Shown in pieces: positions 33,193 to 45,627 of a stretch of DNA of 64,000 nt. Both the position numbers and the translations under genes were made by a program. Numbering within the stretch: the first letter of the stretch is position 1; every line of letters starts with the position of its first letter. The notes under the pieces were generated by a model. The model was not told where the DNA came from and did not search any database. It saw only the letters and a list, made by a program, of their open reading frames with translations. Origin of the DNA: Bilabrum cf. latius (taxonomy: Eukaryota); assembly GCA_965178125.1 (NCBI GenBank), contig OZ237764.1, forward strand, positions 1-64,000, given 5' to 3'.

Positions 33193-33597
33193 CTAACTAA
33201 AAATAGAGGCACACACATCTCCGTGGATATCTGCGCAATCAACAAAGGTAGGGACAAACTGGGACATGGAGCATGGATCCCTAATGTAACCGGGACGTGG
33301 CGAATTTAGCTGCGGCACGTGTCTTACAACTATTCGACCCATAGTCCCGGCCCGCTCGCTCTTTCCAACCGTCATCAGATTTCCCCCTTGCTTTAGCCCC
33401 CTTCGGCCTCCGGAAAAACTTGGCCATGCTGCCTCGGCGAATGTCAAGATCCATCGCGACGATTCTAGCAGCGAACCTGGGTCAAAATGTTGACTGAACG
33501 TTCCGCTAATGCATTGCATTGCAAAACAAGTGAGGCGAGCGCTGAGTTTGCTCAGCGAGCTTCTTTTCACATTGATGCTGATATCGTTGATTTTCTC

Positions 33598-35041
33598 ATG
33601 CCAAAGAATCGAATATGTTTTCTGAATAGCAACCTATTGCCTGTTTTAATAGCCTGGAACGCCGTATTGGCGAGCGGAAGCTGCAGTGAGACAACCGGAA
33701 GCAACTGGCACCGCCTCTCTTGCGTGGACACCAAATAACCCCCTCTTCCCGCTCCCACATTCTTGCTGGCTTGCAGATAGGGCATGCAGTGGCCACGGGC
33801 TCTGCCAAGGCGAACCGGCTCGCTGCTTGTGCGAGCAAGGGTACTCGGGAAACTCGTGCGAACTCAAGCTGTGTCCAACTGGTCCATCGTGGGCAGATTT
33901 ACCGGGCAGCGTGTATGGCCAGGAGGAAGCGTCCCCATACTTTGCATTATATAGTATTGATCTTCGCCAGTCCTCAAAATTTCCCTCTCGGGATCCGAAC
34001 CGAACGGTCCTAGGCGGACGCACACTGGCGGGCATCTCGTCTGTCGCGGGCTAGGCGCACTACCACAGCACGTGCAGCGGCCGCGGGCAGTGCGATATGA
34101 ACCTTGGGATGTGCAGGTGTTTGGCCGGTTTCACTGGCTCAGCCTGCCAGCACCGTGAGAATCTGAGCACCACAGCCTACCGCGCTGACACACCACTGGC
34201 ACGTGCTCCTCTCTTTCACACGTCATGCTGTCTGCGGTTCCACCGGCTTACATCGCTCGCAGTCAGGTGCCCAAACGATTGCAGCGGATATGGCGTCTGT
34301 GTAGGACTGCAAGAATAGGATCGTGACTTGCAGAGTTATGCAGCCGCTAGCAGCTACCGCCTGTGGGACGGCAAGCACGGAGCTGGCTGCAGGTGCGACC
34401 CCGGGTTTGGAGGCCACGACTGCAGCGAGAGGCGTTGCGAAGGCAGTGTGCGGGGCAGTGAGGGCCTCTCAGAGGGGTGTCCGGGGGCTGCGGGTCAGTC
34501 CACGTGCATGCTGGTGCACACGGTGCAACTGACTGCCAGTCCCTCCACGCCACTTGTGGTCCGTCTGCGAGAGCCACTGGCGGGGGAGGGAGAGAGGGAG
34601 CGGGGAGGGGCGCACCGGTGGCGGACACAGCGCGCCGTGGTTGTGTTGGCGACGGACGCGCTCTCTGGACTGCACCCACAGGACTCGGCGGCTGTGGTAC
34701 GGGCCGCTCTGCTGCGGCAACTCAGGGGCGCAGTGGCCTCGAGGATCGACGTGTAGGGGGCATACACTAGTGACGGAGGGCAGTCCCTGTCCATCATGCT
34801 GCCGGGCGCGTCCAGTCGCACTGAAGTGCGCGTATCTGCGGTGTCTGCCCGCGGGCCCATGCGGGTGCAGACCCAGAGCACGGCTGGAGGCAGCGGGCAC
34901 GAGGTGGTCGAGTGCGGGGACAGGGGGGTGTGCGACAGGGAGCACGGGGTGTGCAGGTGCTTCGGTGGGTACGGGGGCGTGGCATGCGAGCTTCGGCAGC
35001 GGTACAGACCAGGGGCAACATCAGGTTGGCGGCACAGATGA
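33598..35041 (+). CDS. EGF/tenascin-repeat secreted protein of the Sig1/Ocm1 tubular mastigoneme type; predicted introns 33686-33776 and 34155-34262; three in-frame TAG
   Basis: Signal peptide then CSGHGLC...[19 protein letters not shown]...[13 protein letters not shown]...[18 protein letters not shown] and terminal [29 protein letters not shown] at 34052, 34316 and 34754; ends at TGA. Confidence 0.75.
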
Positions 35042-35101
35042 CATTGTATAGAAATGCAGCACATCCACATCCACGTCTACATCCAGATCCACCTCGCTCT
35101 C

Positions 35102-36595
35102 TCACGAGACGAACCCTCGCGCAGCACCAGACACAGCCTAGAGTCGAGCTTGGTTGGCCACGGCAGCTCGCAGAAGGCTGTCCACGACGCGCTCCAGGGA
35201 GTTTCCCAGCCACTGACACACCACACTGCGTGCTCCCACCGCATCTCCCCTCATACCCTCCCCACCTTTACACGCCAGACTGCTCTCGCCAAGGCACCCC
35301 AGCTCCTGCACCAGCCAAGCCGCAACTAGCACGATCGCAATGCAGCCAAACAGCATCAATATAAGCAGCACCGGCATGCCGAGCGAGTACCAAGCGAGCT
35401 GCCCCAGCACCGTGGCTTCGCTCCCGACCTCTGCTGCTGCCATCGAAGCGGCACCCTGGCCTGGCCGCCCGTCCCACCAGCCGAACCCATCCGCGGTGAG
35501 CCTCCCCGCCCTGTCGCCCTCCTGCACGGCGCGGAGGTTGCGCGGCAGCTCATCCACATCCAGTGCATGCTTTGACTGCACCAGCGGCTTGCTTTCGCAG
35601 CCCCTTTTCACCCAGGGGAAGGGTGCGTTCGGGGGGCAGGCCCACAGCTCCGGCCAGGCATCGCGCAAGCCGGGCACAACGGCCTCGAGCTGCTTGAGCA
35701 GAACGTTCGTCGGCAGGACTGCCATGCACTTGCTGGCTCTCGCGATCATTACAGTGATGGGTGGCCCCTTGGGCAGCTTGTCTTGGTGGAAGACTGTGTT
35801 GAGGGCCACCGCAGCTGCGTTCGATGCGGGACAGCCCTCTGCTCGCAGCCGGTCCCATTCTTGCAAGACCTTCGCTTTCGCGTTGCGGACAACTTCGGCC
35901 GCTACATACATGGGAAACAGAGGGTGGTTGCTCGCAAATGCGCGAAAGCACTCTACGACCGGATCCACCGCGCCCTTGCGCCGGTCCATGGCAGCACGAG
36001 AGGGGTCGCCGCGCAGCGGGTGCGCGAACCACGTCCTTGTCCAGCCGATCACCGCGGCAATAGGCGAATCAGCAGTCTCCACGACTGCAGCTAGCTCGGA
36101 GTCTCGCGCTCTCAAGATAAGACGGACGGCTTCGACTGGGAGCATCATGCACTTGGCAACAGGCTCTGTGGCAAACCCTCTCAGATGCCAGCGCGCCAAG
36201 CGGCGCAAGATAGGCAGTGCAAGCTGCGCCTGGTCTCGTTCAATGCATGCCGCAGCGATGTCGTGTGTGCCCTGGGTATACACGACGCGTCTAGCGGGAT
36301 GGGAGTGGTCCACAGTCTCAGCAGACCAGCTGTGAAGAGTTCGATCCAATTCCTTTTCCATCTTGTGAACAAGATCCTTGTTCTACAAGTTGAAGCTTCT
36401 TCGAATATCACAATTGATAGTCCTGTGGTCAGCATGCTTCTTGTTGACTGCGATTCATGCAAGCAAGTTGGGCTTCTCTGAATATGGGGCGAGGTTTGCT
36501 GCGACGGGTAGTCAACCTGAACAACACATCTTACGCCTGCAGCCTCTGATTGCTGGAGCATCAGTCACTCGGAGCAGCTATGCAACGCCTTCCAT
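35102..36595 (-). CDS. TBC1D20/Gyp8-like Rab-GAP with a C-terminal transmembrane segment; start uncertain
   Basis: DHRTINCDIRRS, VYTQGTHDI, WTRTWFAH and SNHPLFPMYVAA motifs; hydrophobic tail; TAG at 36383-85 and 35138-40; TGA at 35102-04. Confidence 0.7.
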
Positions 36596-36738
36596 TATTG
36601 CTACTAGGAGCGAAGCGGTCGGATTGTAGATCTAGGATCTCTGTAGGTTCCGCACGGGTAGGCGGCGCGCAGCGCCCACGCATCAGGAAGCCTGCTGCGC
36701 TGTTACGATTGAAAAAGACTTGTCTAGCTCTTATGATG

Positions 36739-38026
36739 TCAATGATCTCCCGAGTCACCATGCCCGCCACCCTATGGTGGTCCGTCCTCCACAACCAGCG
36801 CAGGCATATCTGCAGGCTCCACCCAGCCCGGGCTGCCCGACTTGGGGACGACCCGCTCAAACAGGAACATAGCACCAACAGTCTTGAAGTCCGGAGCCAT
36901 CCGCCAGGCGTCCTCGTATCGGACAATCCGGAGGCAGATCTGCTCGTCCGAGATCCCCCCGAGTCGGCCTTGCAGTCGGTCTAGATCTGGCCTCGCGATG
37001 CTGCGCTCGCACGAAAAGAGCCTGATAAACTCATCGCAGCCACCTGCCGACGGATAAAGCCCCTGTGGAGTCCATTTATCGTCACTGCCAGCCCCATGGG
37101 GTGACTCGCCACTGCCGGCACCTTCAACTGCGCTTGTGCTTGCGCCGCTTGCACCCGCCACACCAGCCGAAGCAGCCTTCGCGGGCGCCCTGCTACTTGT
37201 ATGGCTTGAGAATGCGGTAGCAGGAGACACGAACGATTCGGACAGCCGCGATTCTGCAACCAGGTCCCTGAGGTCCTTCTGGCCCAAGACAAGGCCAGCC
37301 TCTTCACGCAACTCTGCGGCGGCCACCCCTGCAAAGTTTCCGTCCCCGTCCATCATGCCAGCAGGAATTTCCAGAAATCGAGCGCATCCAACCGGTAGTC
37401 TGGGCTACTCGGTCAACAAAACGTAACGTTCACCCTCGCAATGCAGAACCACTAGAATACCAACAGCCCCGCCGCGGCAAAAGCAAATGCCTGGAACTCG
37501 CTTGCCTCCCCGAGATGCCCCAACCCGAAACTTTATGAAACCGACTCGTTTCCCAAACATGTCTAGACTCTGAAAGTGTACGCTGTCTACCTAAAACTCT
37601 TCGTCAACAGAAGCTTTCCAAGACCTGTGGAGAAAATGAGCGCATCATAGGCAAGACACAAGCAACAAGTGCACAATAAAATTGTCTGGACTCTCAGATT
37701 CGTGCCGGCGGTTGCCATTCCCACACAATCATGCATACAGAGCGTAACGTCAGCAGCACCATGAGCAGCCTCGATGGTTACCGTTGGAAGGCAATCATCC
37801 CGTGGGCACACACACTAATGCAATAAAAAGGCATTTGTGCAGGGGAAATTTGATGCGGGAGCCCTAGTGGCAGCTTGTTGCGCGAGGCAAGGCGGCAATA
37901 CCCGACTCACTAAAACTGGGCTGAACTGAGGCAAGCCCCGACATCGATGCCCGGCTCTCCCGTAATATCAACAGACTTTCCTCGTATCTTGCAATCATGC
38001 GTGCATTTCGTTGATACTCCGGCCAT
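36739..38026 (-). CDS. Nudix hydrolase, NUDX14/ADP-sugar pyrophosphatase-like; intron 37625-37910; four TAG sense codons
   Basis: QSLDMFGKRVGFIKF...VPGICFCRGGAV...YVLLTE[TAG]PRLPVG...LEIPAGMMD...AAAELREEAG (Nudix box), YPSAGGCDEFI, APDFKT; TGA at 36739-41. Confidence 0.9.
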
Positions 38027-38354
38027 GATGAGTTTTGCCAACGTCTTGCGATATTGTTCTCGGCAAGTCAACGGAACTCCCGTGTGACGAACAAGGAAAG
38101 ACGCAGCACTGCATGCAGCATGCGTGCATGCGCTTGGGTCTATTGCAGCGCTCGGATCCTGAAATATCTGCCTAAATGCATGATGATAACGTGCATGAAA
38201 ATTGCAACTTGCCACCCTTGAGGTACTTGCGCCGCCTAGGCCCACGTGCCTTGGCTGGCAGCGGCAGCCTACCTTGACATGTGAGGTGTAGCCATCAGGG
38301 CGACAAATGGATTGTGCAGTTGCATGCACAGCCGCGTGCCCTAGTGGCTCAGGC

Positions 38355-40192
38355 TCAGGAAGACTTCTCGCCCGCGCCCCCCGCCGCGGCTCCGCTGGCG
38401 AAGAGCCCCTCCACCTTGGCGGCGCTGGCCTCGATGGCGGGCACGTCGTGAGTCTTGAACTTCAGCTCGCTGGCCTCAAATCCAGGCATGGGGAATTTCT
38501 GCGCGAATGCGTTCACGTCCGCCCTCAGCTTGTCCACCCCCTCGTCTCCCTCGAGCGCCTTGCCGAAGTCGGCGAGGCGGGGCCCGCTCTTGGTCTGCAA
38601 CTCCAGGCACAGCTGCACAGCGCGGTGCAAGAACTCCGCGATGGCCTCGAAATCCTTCTCCTTCATGCCGCGCGTGGTGAGCGCGGGGGTTCCGATGCGC
38701 ACGCCGCCGGGTGACATGGCAGACCTGTCGCCGTAGATTGCGTTCTTGTTGAGCGTGATGCAGGCCGCGTCGCACAGCTTCTCCATCTTGGACCCGGTCA
38801 GCTTCTGAGGGCGCAGATCCCACAGGACGAGGTGGTTGTCGGTGCCTCCAGTGGCCATGGTGTAGCCCTTGGACACGAGCGCGGCGGCCACTGCCTTGGC
38901 GTTGGCCTTGAGCTGCTGCACGTAAGCCTTGAAGGCAGGGGTCATCGCCTCCTTGAGCTGAGTGGCCACGCCGGCGATCTGGTGCTCGTGGGGTCCTCCC
39001 TGCAGCGCGGGGAACACTGCCATGTTGATGGCCTTCCCGAAGCCCCTGCTGTCCTTGCGGTAGAAGATCATGCCCGCCCTCGGGCCTCGGAGGCTCTTGT
39101 GTGTCGTGGTGGTCACCACGTCGCAGTACTCGAATGGGCTGTCCGCCTCCTCAGTGGCCACCAGACCAGAGATGTGCGCCATGTCGCACAGCAGCAGCGC
39201 CCCGTTGGCATCAGCAATCTCGCGGAACTTCTTGTAGTCCCACTCGCGCGGGTAGGCAGACCCGCCGCACACGATCATGGCGGGCTTGAAGAGAGCAGCC
39301 AGCTCGGCGAGCTTCTCGTAGTCGATGCGCCCGTCCTCGGAGGACACGCGGTAGGGGAGCGACTCGAAGAAGATCGAGGTGGCGCTGATGTTCTTCTTGA
39401 CGCCCTCCTTCTTGCTGTACGTGTAGTATCCGTGCGTGAGGTGGCCTCCTGAGGGCAGGTCCAGGCCCATGATGCGGTCGTGCGGGCGCAGGAGCGCGGT
39501 GTACACTGCAAAGTTTGCGGGCGATCCCGAGTAGGGCTGCACGTTGATGCCCCACTTGCTGGAGTCCAGCCTGTAGGCCTTCAGGGCCCGCGCCTGGCAC
39601 AGCTTCTCGACCTGGTCCACTACTTCGTTTCCACCGTAGTACCGAGCTCCGGGTAGACCTTCGCTATACTTGTTCGTCAGCGCAGATCCCAGGCAGTCCA
39701 TCACAGCACGAGAGGTGAAATTCTGCGACACGGGTGCAGTGATTGCTGGCAGTCAGTCATACGAGTCCTTTGACCAGGAATGAACCAGCCGATTGGCATT
39801 TCAGTGTACTCGATCCAAACTTACCTCAGACGCAATCAATTCCAAGCTGCTCCACTGCCGGGTCTTTTCCCGCTCTGTGATACAAGCGAGTACAACGTTG
39901 GGCGAGGATCCCGCTGGACAATATCGAACCCTAGAGGGTTTCAGCTGCTATAAAGCAGCTCTACAGACACAGGAGGACTCACCAATCAGATCATACATCT
40001 CAGGGTCGTGCTCTTCAAGCGAAACGTTGCCTGGCTGCGAAGGGAGGGGTAAAAGGGACGTTGTAGGCTGGAGCAGGCGTAGGCGACTCTTGGAACATTG
40101 TAAACAAGGAAATTGCGTTGTCTCTAGCTCAATTAGGCTCGACTTACTAGCGACTTTGGCACATCTGATGAGGAGCCAGCTGCTGCTGCCAT
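38355..40192 (-). CDS. SHMT: Serine hydroxymethyltransferase, probably cytosolic; exons 40192-40148, 40034-39983, 39874-39825, 39722-38355
   Basis: Spliced product has [56 protein letters not shown] and GTDNHL; three GT-AG introns keep the frame; ends at TGA. Confidence 0.97.
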
Positions 40193-40774
40193 ATTTACTG
40201 TTTTCAAGCTCAGGATGCGAGGTGACGTCTATACTCTCGTCGCCGCGCAATTCGCGCTGGTGGTTCCGCTATGGACCCTCTCGCGAACAATCGGCTCCTC
40301 TGCAACACGACCGAGCAGTCTTGCCTTGATTTTCTAAAACCACATTATTGATAATGCTTGTATTCAGCTGATTCGGTTGTTGATATTCAATTATGTCGAC
40401 TTTGTTATGGGCAGGCTAGTTTAAGAATGAGTTTGAGGCTTTGGTCGTATATCAGCGGGCAGTGAGGAATTATTGCATCATTAGCTTAACCACTTTTATT
40501 ATTTCTATTGTATTGCATTAAAATTCCCACAGAAAGCTTCGGATAACGCTATGAACACCTCATTCTTAGGGTTTTTGTTTTGCAGGCTGCTATCTGTCTT
40601 GTGGGGCTGCAAGCTGAAATGTTTCTGGGTGGAGCGGGGTACTTGAAACATCTTTTTAGGCAGCAGTGTACCCGGAGTGTCACTCAAAGCACGGGTGAAA
40701 GGCCAGTGGGCTCCTTGAAGCGTACAGCGGCCTGTGCCACCGCCGAAGCTCAGTTGGACTGGGCGATTCCCTGC

Positions 40775-43700
40775 ATGCCTGGCGTAGAATTAAGTGAATT
40801 GCAAGACACTAGTTCGCCACAATCATGGGATCCGCCGGGGACGCAGTACCCTGGCTTCGGCCGGTCCTCGTCTGTGGAAGCTGTTGATGTGCAGACTCCA
40901 ATGTCGGATGCCGCTTGTCTTGCGACTATTCGCGCGAACCCTGCGACAGCGGGGCCTACGTCTGCCACTGCTGTAGCATAGTAGCTCATGCCGGCCCACA
41001 TGGAGGCTCTCAGGGACATGCACCGGGACCCTCTCACAGGTCGCAGGCTGCGCCCTTTCGAGGCCCTTGTGGTGAGCAGGGACGGGTCGGTCACACGGGT
41101 GAGAACCGTGCCCATCGAGCTGGGGAAAGCGGCAGCCCAGCCCGCCGGAGTGGCCTTTGTGCGCTCTCGCGAGCTAGCTCAGGCGCGGGACCAGCCGGTG
41201 ATGCGCTTCGTGCCCTTTTTGGGCGAGGACGAAGACGTGGACAAGATGAGGGATGCGTGCGTGTACGACGCGAGGCCGGACCTGCCGACTGCCTGGAGGA
41301 GGCGCATGGAGGCATAGACCGCGCTCTTTTGTGCGTGCAAAGCGATTCTAGAAGCTGCATCGGGCGGCGAGCAGGCGACGGCCGCTGCACTGCGGGCGTG
41401 TCCAAAGCGAGTGCTGCGTGCCCTGTTGTTGCCGAGGCGCGTGCGGCCAAGCAGCGCTCGGGAACACGGCGCCGGGGCGCATTCAGCGTTACCACTGCAG
41501 CTGCTGCACGAAGAAGAGATGGAGCATGCAGGGCACAGGGGAATTCTTCCCGTGTCTGGCCCCGCGGATGTCGCTGCATCGCTGTCAGGGTCACAACCGT
41601 GGAGGACGAACGGGTCGTTCACAGTGCCACCCAGCGCGCTTGGCGTGACGGCAGGCATCTTTGCGGGGGCGACCGCCGGCGTGCTTCGAGGTGTCACCTA
41701 TCTGGTTGAGGTACCTGCACAGCTAGCTCTACGGCTGCACTCCTCGATGCTGTCGCACCTGCTGACCATGCCCGCCCACGAACTACAGGCTCTCGGCCCA
41801 CCATCGAGCTAGCTGGGCCGGACAACACTTGCATCGCGCGACCAACAGCCCAAGATGGAGACAGGTCTCGATAGAACCGGCTACCTGGCGAACGGTTCTA
41901 CTGCCAGCGTTGCGAAGGCCGCAGGGAGCGATGCTGCTGCTAGCGCGGGTCCCACCAAGCCATCCTGGAGGCGCGCCGTCCAAGCCACTAGAAGGTCCGT
42001 CGGACCCATGCAATCGCAGCTGTGCATATTCTGCTTTAAGTACGCTTGCACGCAGCACAAGGGCTCGGACGCTGCAGCTAGTACGGATCAGGAGTTGATT
42101 CCATTGTCTGCGCCACCGGCTGCCCTCATGAGTGAAGCCACTGTCTCGGAGCGAAAAGGCGATCCCACCGTCCCTCTAGGCATGGTCATGGATGATGAAG
42201 CTGCCTGCGGCTTGCTTGGAGCGGCTGGTATTGACCCATCGGGGCAACCTAGCCAAAGGAGGCTGCCGCGCATGCTGCGGTGCCCCGCGGACGACTATCA
42301 CTTGAAGGGGTTTCGTCGCCTGCGAGGTAGACAACTCTTACGTGGGGTTCAGCGCGTAGTGCAAGACTCTGCTGGGCTACATGAAGCTCAGCTACGATCC
42401 AGTCATGGGGCAGAGCCTGGGCCGATCACTATTGGGACGAAGAGAGACCGCCTTGGTGAGCCAGCTGTCGCACCTGAATCCAAACAGGATGCCGAGGGGT
42501 CAGAGTCGGAGGATAGCACACAGTCGACCGCCGTCGATGAGCGTCTGGACGCGTTTTTTAAGTGGGCGGAGGCAGTTTCAGGATGTGGCCACCAGTGCTA
42601 TGCGAGATGCATCGGGGGCCGACAGAGCAAGTTTGTCGTTTGCCTTGCTGGCATAGGCAAGCTGAACAGCCGCAGCACGCTCCCTGCACCAATTCATCTT
42701 CGGCAAGGTGATATTATCGGAACCCCACACGTGCTGTGTCTTCGGCCCATGCACATCGATGGGATGGCTGCTTAGCTTGATAGAGCATGCGAATGGGATA
42801 ACCACAATCGCACAATGGCTGTTGCGAGCGACACTGAAGAGGTGGTGCGTGTTGCAAGGACTCAAGATGGTGCCGGTGCAAGGCGAGCGGGTTTGGAACG
42901 CCGTCGAGAGCCGAGCCGACGAAAGCATCGCGCCCCAAAGCGGACAGGAACAATCACAGCTGGCATGCTTGGATCAGTCTCACCTGGAGGGTTGTGCGGT
43001 TCTGGCGGCACATCAATCGATGCGCATGAAGCTGAGCTTGCCAAGGCAGCCCCAATACGCTCGACTGTAGGTGAATGGGTCGCATCCGAATCAGACGACT
43101 TGAGCAAGGCGGTTGACCCTCTACTGCCGGCCTTCTCCATTTAGCGTGTGGTACAGGATGGCGCGACACCCAAAGGGTATGCGTCTGCACCTGGCTCCCG
43201 ACTGGGCATGATCCATGGGGAGACGTCACTCGGAATCGGTGTGCACCTGCCTGCTTCATCCTCCCGGTGGGAAGCGGCAGACAGGAGCTCGCCGTCGGAC
43301 TGTCGCGGATTCTCCGGGGTAGTGATGCCCCCGACCGGGTGGTGGCACATGTCGGGTAAGTTGAGGGTCTGGCAGGCCGATGCATGGCTACGCGTGCACG
43401 CCGAGCTCACAGAATGTGAGCACGTCTTCGGTGCCGCGAGCGAGCCAGGCCAGAGTTCCTCTATCGAGCCCCTCGCTGGCTCAATGGGCGACGGTAGTGC
43501 ACGCAACATGTGTGCCGTGGGCATGACGGCAACTGACGGTTCAGGATCGTACAAGTCGCTGCCAGTCTTATCTGAGAGCAGCGCGCTAGCGCTCGAGCAG
43601 TGCGAGGCAATCTTACGAGATGAAGTGGCCACTGGGCTCGTGCTCAAGGCACATGCGGTTTGCAGCGGGTGCGTGTGTACTGCCGCTGAACTCTTGGGAT

Positions 43701-45553
43701 GCTCTTGCCTAGTCACAGGGCTGGTTCTTGAGCGGATTGGTGTCGCGTGCTGGGCTCTAGATCCTGTCGAGGCAACTCATGATGCACGGCAGGAGGTCAA
43801 ATCGCCGGGTGTGGGCCAAGCATCCGGTATGGCTGCAACGTAGGGGGCTGATGCTTCTCCGCTCACCCAGCTGCTTGATCCTGTGGCGGATGCTGATGCG
43901 CTGCAAGGCAACTATCCGGGCACTGGGGATGTGATACTGTCTATGCGGCTTGGTACTTGGGAGGGCCTGGACCGCCTCAAGACCCCTCCTCGCAAGCACT
44001 CGAACCGTAGGCGCGTCATGGTGTGGTGCGACCATGACGGGCCGTGCAATTCGGAAGCATCGCAGTGCAAGTGCGTCATCGCAGGCACTGTGTGCTCAAA
44101 GAACTGCGGTTGCGATGAGACTTGCAAGAATAAGTGGTCTGGGTGCGTCTGCGGGCGCAAGGGACAGGTGTGCTCCACCAGAAACGGATGCCCTTGCGTG
44201 GCCAGTGGCCGTGAGTGCGATCCAGACGTGTGTCAGACCTGCGAATGCCTGATTGCACATCAGATTGGACTAAGGCACTCTGCTGCATAGGCCAGTAGCT
44301 CAACCCTTCAAACAGGAGACTGGTCACTGCAGCTGCGCCAGGCAGCCGTGAAATTAGGTGGAGACCCGACGCTGCTATTACCTCCAATTTTAAGTGACCA
44401 TTTTGATTCCTCCAGTCACGGACGGGGCTCTGCAGATCGTGTTGGTGCGCTTGCTGCAGCCCAGGCTGCTGTAAAAAGGTATAGTGATGTGTGGGCACGT
44501 GAGCTTGCGGGCATGTAGGCTTATGGGAGCACAGCCAACGTCAGTCCCAGTCGCAAGAATGGGCCAGTCATGCCACGGATGCACACTTTGGCTCGACTCG
44601 TGGCAGCTGCCCCTGAAGCAGCGGTACGAGCATGTGTTGCGCGCGACGCAATGCAGTCCCAGATGCGGCATAAGCTAGAGCCATTCAGGGGTATTGCTGG
44701 TTAGACAGGCCCCCTAATCCACCCTGTCGCTGCAGTGCAAGGCGCCTTGGCTTGCTGGGCGTCGATTGCGTTCAGTAGTGGGAAGTAGCTTGTGGCTGAA
44801 CAGCTCGTGTCCCAGTCATGCTCGAATTCCCGAGTACTAAGTAGGCTGCATCACACTGTGCGCCCAGGCGTCAGCGCTGTGCCGCACGCTGGATACGGAC
44901 TATTTGCAACTGCTCCGGTGCGCGGCGGGCGGCTGCTGCTGGAGTACACTGGAGAACGACTGGGCGAACTTGAATCAGAGCGCCGGGGGCAGTTGTACGA
45001 TGCGCGGAATCGAAGCTACCTTTTCGACCTTGACGATCAAGATGGCGGCGTGGATGCGACTCGCCTTGGGAACAAGATGCGATTTGCCAACCACATGGGC
45101 AAGGGTCACGTGCTGTAGAACAGCAGGCAGCGTTAGCTCCTGTCTTTGGCTCGTGAGAGAATCGGTCTCTTCGCGTGCCGTCCGATCCAGGCAAACGAGG
45201 AGCTATTCTTTGACTACGGCTACTCGAACAAGCGAGCAAACAGCGAGCGGGCCAAGCACGTCGGTTGGATCAAGGATGCCCGCATGGCGGGAAGGGTGCA
45301 GACGGGAATGGTATCTTCCGAGGGTGCCAAGCAGCCCAGCAAGCGCCCTGGTACCAGCGCTGCCGTATCTGAGGCTCACACAGACGATCCCCTGTACGAC
45401 GGCTAGCGGCCGAAACCAGGCGGACGCGGCAGGGGTCGAGGTTCGCGCCGCGGAAGAGGCAGGGGGCGAGGGCGCGGCTAGCGGCGGGGCCGGGGTCGCG
45501 GGTCTCGAGGCCGTGGTGCAGCCACGTTCAGCGTAGTTGACTTGGTGGGTTGA
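40775..45553 (+). CDS. E(z): Enhancer of zeste-like CXC-SET histone methyltransferase (PRC2 catalytic subunit); start and one possible intron near 44.5-44.7 kb uncertain
   Basis: FVPFLGED (SAL-like), CIFCFKYACTQH, CGHQCY, CXC domain CDHDGPC...CPCVASGRECDPDVCQTC, SET motifs GYGLF...EYTGE...RRGQLYD...SYLFDL...VDATRLGNKMRFANH...RIGLFA...EELFFDY; nine same-frame ORFs that end in TAG; TGA at 45551-53. Confidence 0.88.
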
Positions 45554-45627
45554 TCTCTGTGGACTTGGATGTTAGCTAACAGAATTGGGTAGAAGAACGT
45601 GATGCATACGCAATCGTTTTTCTCGTC

